The translations under genes and the position numbers were made by a program. Positions 12,705-25,537 of a DNA stretch of 64,000 bases are shown piece after piece. Numbering within the stretch: the stretch's first letter is position 1; each line of letters begins with the position of its first letter. A model generated the notes under the pieces. It had not been told where the DNA came from. It saw nothing but the letters and a program-made list of their open reading frames with translations, and did not search any database. The DNA is from the human T2T-CHM13v2.0 reference genome, Homo sapiens, in the NCBI RefSeq assembly GCF_009914755.1, contig NC_060939.1; one strand, written 5' to 3'.

Positions 12705-13036
12705 CCTGTGTAGCTTTGGTGTCAGAAGTCATCTCTGCCAGACAAAATCTGCTGCACCTGTAGACAACTGGATATGATTCTCATGGCTGGCAAGAGAGTA
12801 TTCCAATTTAAGCTGAGCTGCCCCATGTCTGTCTGTGATATTTGCCTATTCTCACATTAAATTTACCTCTGGATAGCAGATTTTAGATCCCCTATAGAAG
12901 TGTTCCTCTAATTTTAACATGCAGAAGGCACCCTGGGGTGTTTATGTAAAATGCAAATTTCCAACCCCCATCCCCAGAGATTCTGATTTAAGAGGTAGTC
13001 TGTAGAAAACAGTTTGAAAAATAGTGCTCTAGAAAA

Positions 13037-13246
13037 CAGTGCTGTCCAATAGGACTTTCTGTGATGACAGAAATAGAGCACTATTCAATATGGTAGGCAC
13101 TAGCCAAATGAGCCTATGTAGCAGTTAAGATGTGGCTACCATCTTAACTGCTTACCAAGGAAGTAAGTTTTAAATTTTATTTAATTTTAATCAATTTAAG
13201 TTTAAATTGTCCCATGTGACTAGGGCTTCCACATTGGACAGTGCAC
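13037..13246 (+). mobile_element. MER3 (hAT-Charlie MITE)
   Basis: cagtgctgtccaataggactttctg...attttatttaattttaat...ttggacagtgca, with terminal inverted repeats. Confidence 0.85.
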
Positions 13247-13252
13247 CCTAGA

Positions 13253-13432
13253 ATCTTGTTACTCAAAGTGGGCAGCAAACAACAAGCAGCAGCAGCAGCA
13301 CCCAGGATTTGTCAGAAATGCAGAATTTCAGGCCCCACCCTAGACACCTCAGACCTACTGAATCACTATCTGCATTGTATCAAGATCCCCAGGTGATCCA
13401 CGTGCCAATAAAGGTGAATACTCACTTTCTAG
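13253..13432 (+). mobile_element. MER5A
   Basis: tactcaaagtg...gaaatgcagaatttcaggccccacc...gacctactgaatca...caagatccccaggtgat. Confidence 0.8.
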
Positions 13433-13589
13433 AATATTTTGGTGGTTCACTGACTCTTCCATTCCCGAATCATCCACTATCTGTTAACACACTTTCCTTG
13501 TTATAGACTAATTATCATATTCAATTGTTTAAATCTAGTTCTTACCCCACATTGTTGGTACCTAGCATTATTGGTCTGAAGGGTATAAA

Positions 13590-13686
13590 GTGTGTGTGTG
13601 TGTGTGTGTGTGTTTGCGTGTGCGTGCGCGCACATGGAGGAGGGTGGGGAGAAATGGGGATGGGGGGAGAGAGAGAGAGAGAGAGA
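13590..13686. repeat. (TG)n/(CG) and (GA)n microsatellites
   Basis: Directly visible. Confidence 0.9.
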
Positions 13687-14375
13687 TAACGCAAGGTTAT
13701 AACCAGGCTGGAAAGGGCCCTATCTGCAAGCTAAGGGTTTGGACTTTATTCCTTGGGCAATAGAGAACCATCAAAAGCTGTTAAGCAGGTAGGTGGCTTG
13801 GGCAGAGTTATGTTTTATGAAGATAATCATGGAAGTATGGAGGATGGCCTGGAGTATGGAGGATGGCCACACAGATAACTAATCTCTACCGTCCTCTGGT
13901 TCTTACATTAAGTATACCTACAGGGAGTAGGACTTGCTATTTTATCTTACCCCTAGATTTGAGGAACAGCAAGTACTTAGGACTTATAGCAGTGTATCCA
14001 TTCTACATGGTCAACATCTACAGTATCCCAACCCAGATCTTCAGAATAATATAGTATTCTTTATCTCTAAGCTTGGGAGGAAATAACAAACACTTTTGTA
14101 TTTCAATCCTGAAGAGATTATTTCTCGGTGATAAACCAAATGTTTGCCATTTATAGTAGTGAACTCTTTGGGATCTGACTCATCATTGAAACAACAATTT
14201 GCTTTGAAAGTGTACTTTTCAAACATACTGTTTTAAGACTAAAAGGATAAATAAGACATTCACGGGACACATAATAATCAAAGCAATAAAATACTACAGG
14301 TTTTCCTTCAGATATCTTTTTCATTGGCAATGATATGGTCTGTTATCATAAGCCTCAATATTAAAATGAAAAACA

Positions 14376-14688
<313 letters not shown>

Positions 14689-15503
14689 CAGTTGCAACTG
14701 GTGATGGGAAGAGGCAGAAAATGGGAAGGGGAAGAGTAGGGGACTTAAAAAGTATTTCTAGTTTTTAATCTAGTCTTGGAAATCCTTCGATATACTCAGA
14801 GATAGATCCTGGCAGCCAGGGGAAGTCTGAAAGGGAAAGACCCAAAAGAAAGGGATCTGTTGTTTCCTAGGTGACAGGGGTCTTAAAGGCACTCTGTTCT
14901 TAAAAGAATAACTTAAAGAAGTTATTCCACCCAAATACTGTGGGCAAAATAACAGCCCCAACCAGAGCATTCAGACAGAAGACAAAGAGGCTTGTATTGG
15001 GACACAGGGGGACCAGAAAGATGAAGAAATCCTGGGGAGGCCAGTACCAGCAAGAGGCTACACACACAGATACAGTCACCACACACAACAAAGGAGGGAC
15101 TGATGGAGTTCATGACCCTGTAGCTCAAGCAGAGCTGCTAAGTGCAGTGACCAGTGAACCTAACCCACTGGGGTTTGGGAAGAAGACATTAGAACCTCTA
15201 TTAATATTTACTTTTCATCTTTAAAAGACAAGAAATTGCATTTTGCTAAAAGTTAAAATTTAGATTGACATCAGCCCCTCCCTCCACTTGCAAATCAGAA
15301 GGTCCTATGTCAGGTACAGTACACAAGCTGTGGTGGGAGGTGGCAGGGGTGTAGGAGTTAGATAACGTGGGAGGGGTGTTTAGTTGATTTCAGCATATTG
15401 AGATGTACTGCAGTTCCTAGGTATGTGCCCAGACACAAGGGCTTACCTATTAGGTAGTTTTTACTAAACCGAGCCACTGGACAAGTAGCTTAAAAAGATT
15501 CTT

Positions 15504-15790
15504 GGTGGCTCACGCCTGTAATCCCAGCACTTTGGGAGGCCGAGGTGGGCAGATTATGAGGTCAGGAGATCAAGACCATCCTGGCTAACACGGTGAAACC
15601 CCATCTCTATTAAAAAAAAAATACAAAAAAAATTAGCTGGGTGTGGTGGCACACACCTGTAGTCCCAGCTACTTGGGAGGCTGAGACAGGAGAATGGCGT
15701 GAACCCGGGAAGCGGAGCTTGCAGCGAGCCGAGATCACACCACCGCACTCCAGCCCGGGAAACAGAGCGAGACTCCATCTCAAAAACAAA
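15504..15790 (+). mobile_element. AluY-like
   Basis: ccatcctggctaacacggtg and gaatggcgtgaacccgggaagcggagcttgc diagnostics. TSD aaaaagattcttg at 15492-15504 and 15788-15800. Confidence 0.93.
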
Positions 15791-15833
15791 AAGATTCTTG
15801 CAAAGAAACAGCAGACCAAGGATAATTGTAATA

Positions 15834-16068
15834 CAGGTTGAACATCCCAAATCGAAAAGCCAAAATCTGAAATGCTCCAAAATCCGAAACTTTTTGAGTG
15901 CCAACATAAGGCCCAAAGGAAATGTCCATGGGAGCATTTCAGATTTCAGACTTTCAGTTAAGGATGCTTACCTAGTAAGTATACAATGCAAATATTCCAA
16001 AATCTAAAAAAATCCAAAATCCAAAACACTTCTGGTCCCAAGATTTCAGAGAGGAGATATTCAGCCTG
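15834..16068 (+). mobile_element. Tigger4a (Zombi_A) MITE
   Basis: TA-caggttgaacatccc...gatattcagcctg-TA: terminal inverted repeats, TA TSD and the characteristic aaatgctccaaaatccgaaactttttgag. Confidence 0.85.
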
Positions 16069-16782
16069 TAATGCAAGCAAAAATGACAACACTAGTTGAT
16101 ACTTCTGTTCCTGGTGCAAGCTGTTCATCAGCCAGGAAAAAACATTAAGTTTTACCAATAAGTCAGCCAAAAAATTTGAAACTATCACAAAGATTTTTTA
16201 AAGTAGGTATCTGTGTTCGCCATGGTTAATGATGAATCTCACTCTTCAGATACACACAATGAAAAGTGTGAAGCCATCACAATTAGCAGAAGCTACAGAT
16301 CCGGAAGATAAGACGAACCTCCACCATGTGTTTAGCAATACTTAACATCATAAGATACTAACTCCAATACTTGTTAAGCAATGCTCACTAAATATAGTCA
16401 TAAATGTTTATAAACCTTTCAAAAGTTTTCTCACTTAATAGCAAAAGACAAAAAGTAACATACCATTTAAAAATTACTTCTTCTTCATACCATGGAAATG
16501 TGGATGAAATACTGGTGAAACAATTTAGGGGGAAAAAGACCCTGACGCATCTTTTTGTCAGGAAGTACTATTGGATGACAAGTAGAAAACACTGCTGACA
16601 ATCTGAAGAAGTAAGTACAGGAAGAAATTTTTCAGGGCGTGAGGCTGAGTAGAAGGAGAGATGTTTCCAACATGTCTCCTCTTACGGTACCACTGCAGGA
16701 AGAAAGACATTAAGGTAGCGATGAAGTGGTGAGGATATATTTCTCAAAATTAATCTACCTTAAAAAAAAAAAAAAAAGTTTA

Positions 16783-17142
<360 letters not shown>

Positions 17143-17143
17143 A

Positions 17144-17290
17144 ATATATATATATATTTTATATATATATATATATATTTTATATATATATTATATATAT
17201 ATATTATATATAATATATATTATATATAATATATATATTTTATATATAATATATATAATATATATTTTATATATATATTATATATATATA
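17144..17290. repeat. Interrupted (TA)n repeat, about 150 bp
   Basis: Pure A/T, mostly alternating. Confidence 0.95.
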
Positions 17291-17534
17291 AATGTGAGAT
17301 GGTAGATTCCACATTAAGAATTGAGCAACAGCATTACTAAATAATTCACAGGCAAGACTTTCATGTGCTAACAGTATCACTGATGTGAATTTTATAAAAT
17401 TAAGAACTTCAACATGTAGTAGAATATTTACAACTCTTTGGGATGCAATAGGAGGTACCCATGAACAATACTTTGATTCACTTAAATTTCTCTGATCATC
17501 TCAAGGTAAAATACTTTTAAAAGAGCTACAAACT

Positions 17535-17859
<325 letters not shown>

Positions 17860-18224
17860 TTATGTGTATTTTTCGCACAAAGAGCAAGTATGCCACATTT
17901 CTGACCTTTCTGAGATTGTAAATGGCCACTAGTAAACTTCAAAGAAATAAATACATCTCATTTGAATTTTCAGAGTGAAAGTTATAGTTCATCACTGAGA
18001 CACAAAGGAACTACTTTCAGAGACTTGTAGTATGAAGAGTGCATATAAAAATGGCTATTTGGAAATATTTTCATCATTATATGACTATGTTGCCAAAAAC
18101 TATTAATAGTGTGACACCTACAAACACTTTCACATCTACACAACTGAAAAATTTGTAAGCAGAATTTTTCTAACTTGATTTAAAATCTTTGAAAGAATTT
18201 CAGTAAGCTTCGAACCTACTTGTT

Positions 18225-18338
18225 TTTTATGTTTTTGTTGTTGTTGTTGTTGTTGTTGTTGTTAGAGACGGGGTCTTGCTCTGTCACCCAGGCTGGACTT
18301 CAGTGCCGCAATCATAGCTCACTGTAACCTCGAACTCC
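18225..18338 (-). mobile_element. Alu fragment (J/FLAM-like) with (TTG)n tail
   Basis: agagacggggtcttgctctgtcacccaggctgg...tcatagctcactgtaacctcgaactcc. Confidence 0.85.
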
Positions 18339-19294
18339 AGCCCCTACTTTTTAACAAAGTAAATGTGTAGCACCTTCTGATTAACATGCAAAAATGACAG
18401 ATTCACATCAAGAAAATGGATATTTACCAGCTAGATTTAAATTAAAAAAAAATTATCTTTGCAAAATTGGTAAATAGGATTGAAAATTTTAGTAGGTATA
18501 GTTTTCCTTCCATCTGAATCTGCTTCTCTAGAAGGTATCCTTTTCAGCTCTAACAGCCCTTAAGACCAAATATTGAAATAAACTGAAATTAGAACCAGAA
18601 TTTTGAATCATTCAAAAGGTGTTAAAATAAGGTTTTCAAAAATAGTAAATGTCCAAAAGATTTCATTTAAAAAATATTGCTTTTTTAAAAAGTCCATTAT
18701 AAATTATATATAACATATTCTACTTCAACATCATCTCATGCTGCTCTTGATCATATTGCTCTTTTTAAAAATGAGTATATTACACTTATTTATATATGTA
18801 TAAAATATATATAAACAAGTATATTATAAATTATATATCATATATTCTATTTCAACATTATCTCATACTTCTTGTGTGTATATTTTATAATGTGTATGTT
18901 ATTACTCAGAAAAATTTATTATTACTTTAAGCATATAAATAAACATATTTGGGGGTAGGTGCTTACAGGGATTGGCAACTACCATTAAAGGGCAGGAGGT
19001 CTACAATCATCCAGGAATAGGGAAGAAGACAACCCTAAAAAGCAAACAAGAGAGCACTAAGAAGGAAAAGTAGCACAGAAAGACAATGTGACACACACAC
19101 ATGGACTGCCCAACACAACGCAATGCAGTAATAGAAAACTTGTTCTGGGATAATCCAAGCCTGAGACAATGCTAAGGGGACAGAATCTCAGCAGCAAACA
19201 GCAACCAACATAAAAATGAGCAAGTGCACAGCACAGGCAGGGCAATATTCAAACTGGTTCATTCCTTCATCAAGAATTGATTGGCTCTTAGGCA

Positions 19295-19505
19295 TTCCTG
19301 AAGAAGAATTAGGAAGGAGGCTTACCCTCATAGCCATCAAGACTTAAAACTATGAGAACTAAAGCAATGTGGGGCTGGTGCTGAGACAGAAAAACATAAC
19401 AAAGGGACAATGAAGTAAGCCAGCAAACAGATTCACATATATTGGAGAACTTAATCTATAACAGACATAAAGTTACATATTCAATAAATGTTGCTGGAAC
19501 AACTA
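19295..19505 (+). mobile_element. Old L1 ORF2 fragment
   Basis: catcaagactta...gcaatgtggggctggtg...ttcaataaatgttgctggaacaact. Confidence 0.55.
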
Positions 19506-20571
19506 AAAAAAGAATTTATTGGCTCTTTATTTTTTGTGTCTGTGGTAGATACTGGAATAAACTATGAACTTGGCAGAGAATTTGCCTTTGAGGAGATTGT
19601 AGGGTAGTGGAGAAATTAAGCATGTAAACATATGACTAAAGAGCAGTGTGATCAACTGAATTTCAATGATCTCTGCAGGAAAAAAAAAAAAAAATTGGGA
19701 CCAGGAACTGTCTGCAGCAAGACACTCACGCCTAGTCACATTTATCAATCTCCTAGTTAGTAAGACTTTGTGATTAAGTGTATAATGCTCTTGACTAGAA
19801 CTTTATATAGTTTACTTTCTAATTAAATTAAGCACAGTTCTATAGTACATACAGCAAACACAGACCTATGTTGGGGCCCTGATATATTTCCAATTTCCCA
19901 ATATTTGAAATTGTTTTTGTGCAGATGTAGTTGCTATTTCTCTTCTACTCAGATTGTCCCCTCATCTGAGACGCTCATCATTCTTGCTTCATGTTAGCCT
20001 CTACTGAAGTGCTTGCCTCCTGAGTCTAAGGCCTTGTCTTCAGCCTCTGTGTATGCCCTAATCAGAGTTACAGTGTTGTAATCACCTACATCATAGGGGC
20101 ATTTTCTCCCTTCCAATATCCCTGCACAAAGACTACTGTGCATTAGTGATCACTAGGGAGTGCTTCTCTTTTCAGGCCGAGATCCTGTGGCCCTCTGACT
20201 TTCCTGAATCTCAGCACCCTGCATTTTCTGGCCAGTTAACTCGGCATTCTGTCTGCACTTGAGGAGCTGGTAGAGTGGTTTTTAAATGCTCTCATTTAAC
20301 AGAAGAATAACATAGACTAAGTTCAACAATGCCAAACTTTCTAGACCTGCAGCAGGTCAGGAATTTTACTGCTCTACCATTTCACACCAACAGTCATGTC
20401 AGCTACATTAACATTCACTTTAACCTTATAGTCGAAATAATACTTAACAATATTTTTAACCAGTACAATAATGTGACTTCATAGCTTCTGAGAATTCAGT
20501 TTCCTTCCCTTTCCTCATCATACATATTATATTGTACAAACCCATATTCAGCCTGATATTTTTCAAATGTT

Positions 20572-20577
20572 TTTACT
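20572..20577 (-). terminator. Candidate distal polyA signal AGTAAA (extended 3' UTR)
   Basis: Variant hexamer with an adjacent upstream UGUA (TGTACAAAAGTAAAA on the minus strand). Confidence 0.3.
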
Positions 20578-20649
20578 TTTGTACATAAAACATCAAATTT
20601 ATGCTACTATCCAAAGAATAATGGATGAGTATTTTGAATGAAACACTTC

Positions 20650-21455
20650 CAATGTATTCAATTATTTCATTAAAAAATTCTCTCTCTCACACACACACTA
20701 TATGTCTAGTTGTGTACTAAGCATAAGAAGTATAAAGATCACTTCTTTTCTTTGGAGCTCACAGTATGGTGAAGGGGACAGATATGACAACAAATAATTT
20801 GATACGTAAGACAACATGATAAGCACATCAATGGCCAAGGCCACTCAGACAAGGGAAGGAACACTCACTCTGCTTGGGAAAGTAGCAGAAGACTTCACAG
20901 AAGAGGTGATGCTAGGGCTGAGTCTTCAAGGGAAAACAGTCTTCTAGATGAACAACAGAAAGAGCATTTCAGACAGAGAGAAATGCATGCTTACTATGTG
21001 CAAAGGGCAGAAGCCTGCAGTGCTCAGTCAGTGTTACAGGAGAATACAGAGTTGGGAGAGAAGAGGCTAGAAAAAGTAGATGAGGAGACCTCTCTTAAGG
21101 GGCTTTGTATACAACAGAAGCCATCTGTTAGCTACCCAAGAGGCTCTGAACAGCCACCGGAAGACCTTAGTCAGGGGTGCTGCATGATTAGATTCGTGTT
21201 TTCTAAGATCAGTTTGACTGCAGCTTGAGAAATAAACTGGAAGAGGCAAGATGGAAGCCAAGGGAAGCAGGTGTGACACTCTCGCCTAGTCCAGCTTAGA
21301 AATGCTAAAAGGCTGGACAAAAGGAGTGACAGGAAAATTGAAAGGAGAGAATAGATTTAAGAGGCATTTCAGAGGCAAAATCAACAAGACCTGGTGACAG
21401 GATGGACATGGAGTGTGAGTAAGAGAGCCACGTGACTCCTGGGTTTCTGGAGATG
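20650..21455 (-). mobile_element. L2 3' fragment
   Basis: ggagctcacagt...gacttcacagaagaggtgatg...gattagattcgtgttttctaagatc...tgactcctgggtttctgg. Confidence 0.75.
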
Positions 21456-21994
21456 ACCAAATCCTCCCCACAACAAAATTATTGCTCCCTAGCTGTGTTG
21501 CCATCTGCCAACTTTCAACTCACAGCAAATTTCATTTCCAAAGCAGAAACCATGAGTAAACAGAAATAATTTCTAACTTATAAGATACTAGATCTTAAAC
21601 TCATCAAGGGCTGATACATGCAGTGATGGTAACCAATCAGTGGAGTAAAAGTATTTAAATCATAAAAGGTTTCCCTCCACTAACCACCAAAAGCTACAAA
21701 GTGTCCAACATAAAATTCTAGAGTGGGTAAAGGAAGTCATGATGAAGTGAGATAATATTCTTAGGGAATTCTGTATCCAAAGCAAATACCAACAAATAAA
21801 TTAATAGTCCCCAAGTCTCCATGTGCCTGCCAGGACAGACCAGGTCATGAAAGGCGTAATGAAATACAGTGCCCACTCCCGCAAGTTTACCTTCCTCTCG
21901 CACTCAGTCGGAGCACAGTTCCTCATAAATATTTAACTTAAATTGCAAAGTAGACAGATCAACTTGTCACATTAACACCAGGAAGTTAAGCTGA

Positions 21995-22219
21995 AAATCA
22001 CAGGCTGATAGCCTCCATTTTAATTAATATTCTACTATTCACACTTCTATTGGTTTTTAAAGATGGTTTTATATAAGGTATTTCATAATTACAATTTTAA
22101 AATGCAGTCTGTATTCACATTAATGAACAATTTCAACTAATTTTTGACAAGGGAAAAATACACATACTTTGCTTTACTCTCATATAAAACACTGATTATT
22201 TGGCTGTAGTAATCCAGAT
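21995..22219 (-). other. MTHFS: MTHFS proximal 3' UTR
   Basis: AT-rich unique sequence after the stop, with ATTAAA (+ strand tttaat 22019-22024) about 200 nt downstream. The 3' end is estimated. Confidence 0.65.
22019..22024 (-). terminator. Candidate proximal polyadenylation signal ATTAAA
   Basis: ATTAAA hexamer about 200 nt 3' of the MTHFS stop codon on the minus strand. Confidence 0.55.
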
Positions 22220-22452
22220 TTAAGCTGTTGACGAGTCTTCGTAAAGGACTTCATCTACCTTCATGTCGTTTTCATTCACTGGGACCTGGAGGCAAATCTG
22301 TTCTTTGAAAGCCAACGCCAGGGTGTAGGGCTTCACTTCCTGATGCTGCAAACAGCGCTTCAGATAGGCATCATAGTAGCCCTTGCCCCTCCCCAGTCGG
22401 TTGCCATGTTTGTCAAACCCAAGGCCTGGCATGAAGATGAGATCAAGTCCCC
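22220..22452 (-). CDS. MTHFS: MTHFS last coding exon (C-terminal 77 aa of 5,10-methenyltetrahydrofolate synthetase / 5-formyl-THF cyclo-ligase)
   Basis: Translates (G)[33 protein letters not shown]...[14 protein letters not shown], containing the family ATP/phosphate-binding motif [10 protein letters not shown]. Splice acceptor tttgttcctcttttccgcag|GG with AG at 22453-22454, phase 1. TAA at 22220-22222. The upstream part of ORF 22220..22630 is intronic. Confidence 0.98.
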
Positions 22453-23869
22453 CTGCGGAAAAGAGGAACAAATTTAAGAGGATTAATTGTTTCTGAAAGA
22501 TCATTTCAGGATGTGTTTTTTGTTTTGTAATGACATCAATTCTTTCTCTGATTTCTAAAAACAATGTGTGACCATTAATATCCAAAAAGCACAGAGTTGG
22601 ACAAAAAAGGAAATAAAACGTACTCAGCAACTTAGTTAAGTCTCTTATTCATCCTCAACAGATCTTTTACATATATCTGTACAAAAGTGCCAGATTCCCA
22701 GGCCTCATTCATAACTAGTTAAATACAGAGAATCTCCAGAGATAGGGCCCTCTTTTTTCTAGCATCCTGGTGATTCTCCATACCTGTCAGGTTTGGAAAT
22801 CAATACCCCAGGATAATGACAGTTGGAGGGCGGGAAACAGTCAAGGAGGAGCCATAAAGGACAAAGCTGTTTCTCAGGGTCAGTGAGCAGAAAGAGAGTC
22901 CACTGTCAGGCATACCAAGCAGTTCAGACAGCCTACTCCCTCCTCATTTCCCCTCCCATTGGAGAGGCAAGGCCAGGCTGCCGGGCTTCCCCAGACTCGT
23001 GTGAGAGCAGGCTTTGACCTACTCAAGGAAAGGTACAAGATGGGGACCCACAACTAGTTCTCTGGCTACAACCCTCTCAAGTAACACGAAGACCAGAACT
23101 GGCTATGACATTATCAGGACAGAATGCTGGAGCTCAGGGTGGGAGGCAGGGTCCTGGAGGCTATAAAAACCCAACTGCAGTAAGGGTGTGTGGGGATTCC
23201 CATGAAGATGGCAATGAAGGTCACTAGGTGAAGAACCTCCATGAGGGAATGGTACTCCAGCCTCTGGCAAGAAACATGGGGTACCAGTGTCAGCATAAGA
23301 GCCACATTACATGTCAAACCCAGTAGTCTGCCCTGTAGCCTCCTTATACTGAGTCTTGGCCTCCTGACAGCTGTCCTGGGGGTTTCTGGGTGACCTATAG
23401 CTTAGTTGTGGAATAACCATTCATATAGCATTTGCTGGCAAGATATACCAGGGTTGGAAGCCATGAATTCTCCAGAACAGCATGTTCAGAGTAGAGAGGA
23501 TCAGACTGCCAACATGGCTAGCCCCCACTATCAGCAGATATTCTGACTACCTGCAGAACTGTGAGGTGAACTCAGCTTCTCTCTAGCTCCCAGCATACAC
23601 CTGGTCACCCCTGCCTGCCAAAATCCAGCAAAGCATGCCTCAGATTACAGTAATGACCTTCCCCTGTAAACCTCCTTGTCTATTCCAATCCCAACTTTCT
23701 AAAAAGGTCCTGGTCACTGACCTCTGTCTTTCCTCCCTGTTCCTGTCCAGCTCATTTGTCCCTCTTGGGATTGACAGTGGACTGTGAATTTGGACTTTAC
23801 TCCCTCGTGTCCTCTTTCTGTTGCCAGAGCACCATCAGGCTTGAAGTTCAGTTCTGTCTTCTATACCTA

Positions 23870-24340
23870 GAACACACAATGCGCAAACCTTTCTAAGGAT
23901 TCCTGCCTCTTTACAGTACGGCAAGGTGCTCTGTAAGGTCCTCTGGAGGACACACAGTCTCTTCCCTTCATGAAATGGCAGTTCAGTTAGTACAAAATAT
24001 AACCGCATGTAATTTCCATTCCAATGCACGGCAGCAGTCTCTGCCAAATGCCCCAAAAGCAACAGGGACAAATACTAGAGACCCCAGCAGGGGGAGAGCA
24101 AACGCTGGGTGGTCAGGGAAGAATTCATGGAAAACTCAACTTGACCTGGATTTTTAAGATGTGTCAGAGTTGGGTCTAAGTATCTTTCAGAAACCAAAAG
24201 AAAGGTGGCAAGAGCTGAGTGAGGGAGTAGGGAGTGGGGAGCAGTTTACTTGCTTGGACAGAAGGATCAACCTGAGGAGTAGCAGAAGACATGAGTGTAG
24301 AGTTCACCAGGTACAGGCATGGAGATTTGGGGTCAAAGGC
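23870..24340 (-). mobile_element. L2 fragment
   Basis: ggcaaggtgctctgtaag...ggtggtcagggaagaattcatggaaa...cttgacctggatttttaagatg. Confidence 0.5.
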
Positions 24341-24354
24341 ACAGAGACCCCCTA

Positions 24355-25537
24355 GAACACAACAGCAAAAAACCAAATAACCCAATTAAAAACTGGGCAA
24401 AAGACTTAAACAGGATGGGCACGGTGGCTCATGCTTGCAATCCCAGCACTTTGGGAGGCAGAGGCGGGCGGATCATGAGGTCAGAAGACAGAGATCATCC
24501 TGGCTAACATGGTGAAATCCCGTCTCTACTAAAAATACAAAATATTAGCCAGGCATGGTGGAGGGCGCCTGTAGTCCCAGCTACTCGGGAGGCTGAGACA
24601 GGAGAATGGTGTGAACCCGGGAGGTGGAGCTATTGCGCCACTGCACTCCAGCCTGGGCGACAGAGTGAGACTCCGTCTCAAAAAAAAAAAAAAAAAAAAG
24701 ACTTAAACAGACATTTGTCCAAAGAAGACATACAAATGGCCAACAGGCATATGAAAATATACTCAACATCACTGATCATCAGGGAAATACAAATCAAAAC
24801 TTCAATGAAATACCACCCCACATTCATGAGGATGTCCAATATCCAAAAAATAGAAAACCACAAATGTTGGCAAGGATGTGGAGAAATCAGAACCCTTGTA
24901 CACTGCTGGTGGGGGTGTAAAATAATGCAGCCATTAAAGAAAAGAGTATATGGGTTCCTCAACAAATTAAAAGTAGAACTACCATATGGCCCAGCAATCC
25001 CACTTCTGGGTATTTATCCAAAAGGATTGAAGTCAGGGTCTTAAAGAGATATTTGCACTCCCACGTTCATTGCACCATTATTCCCAAGTGCCAAGATATG
25101 GAAACAAGTATGCATCGATGGATGAACGAACAAACCAAATGTGGTACATACATTCAATGAATATTATTCAGCCATATCAAAGAAGGAAATTCTGCAATAT
25201 GCAACCCATGGATAAGCCTGGAAGATATTATGCCAAGTGAAATAAGTCAGCCACAAAAAGACAAATACTTTATGATGCCACTTACATGTGGTATCTAGAG
25301 TAGTCAAAATCTTAGGAACAGAATGTAGAATGATGGTTACCAGGCGCAGGAGAAAGGGGGAGACAGAGAGTTGCCATTCAATGGATACAGAGTTTCATTC
25401 ACGGAAGATGAAAAAGTTCTAGAGATCTGCTGTACAACTGTGCTTACAGTTAACAATACTTTCCCAGACACTTACAACTTTTAGGAGGGTAGATCTCACA
25501 TTATATGTTATTTACCACAATAAAAAATTTAAAAAAG
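24355..25537 (+). mobile_element. L1MA/MB 3' end (ORF2 C-terminus and 3' UTR), interrupted by an Alu
   Basis: Decayed ORF2 peptide [13 protein letters not shown]...CWQGCGE...[11 protein letters not shown], the 3' UTR motif gttctagagatctgctgtacaac, and an A-rich end. Confidence 0.9.
24413..24699 (+). mobile_element. Alu (Y/Sc-like) inserted in L1
   Basis: TSD aaaagacttaaaca on both sides; small internal deletion in the right arm. Confidence 0.95.

Noticed and set aside
13834-13868. agtatggaggatggcc repeated at a 19-bp period (similar micro-duplication near 28720-28750)
   Set aside because: Ordinary slippage-type micro-duplication.
22453-22630. N-terminal extension of the 136-aa ORF 22220..22630
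   Set aside because: It lies upstream of the splice acceptor, is intronic, and shows no MTHFS similarity.
24715-25044. 109-aa ORF resembling L1 ORF2p
   Set aside because: A short remnant of a truncated, Alu-interrupted old L1, not a gene.
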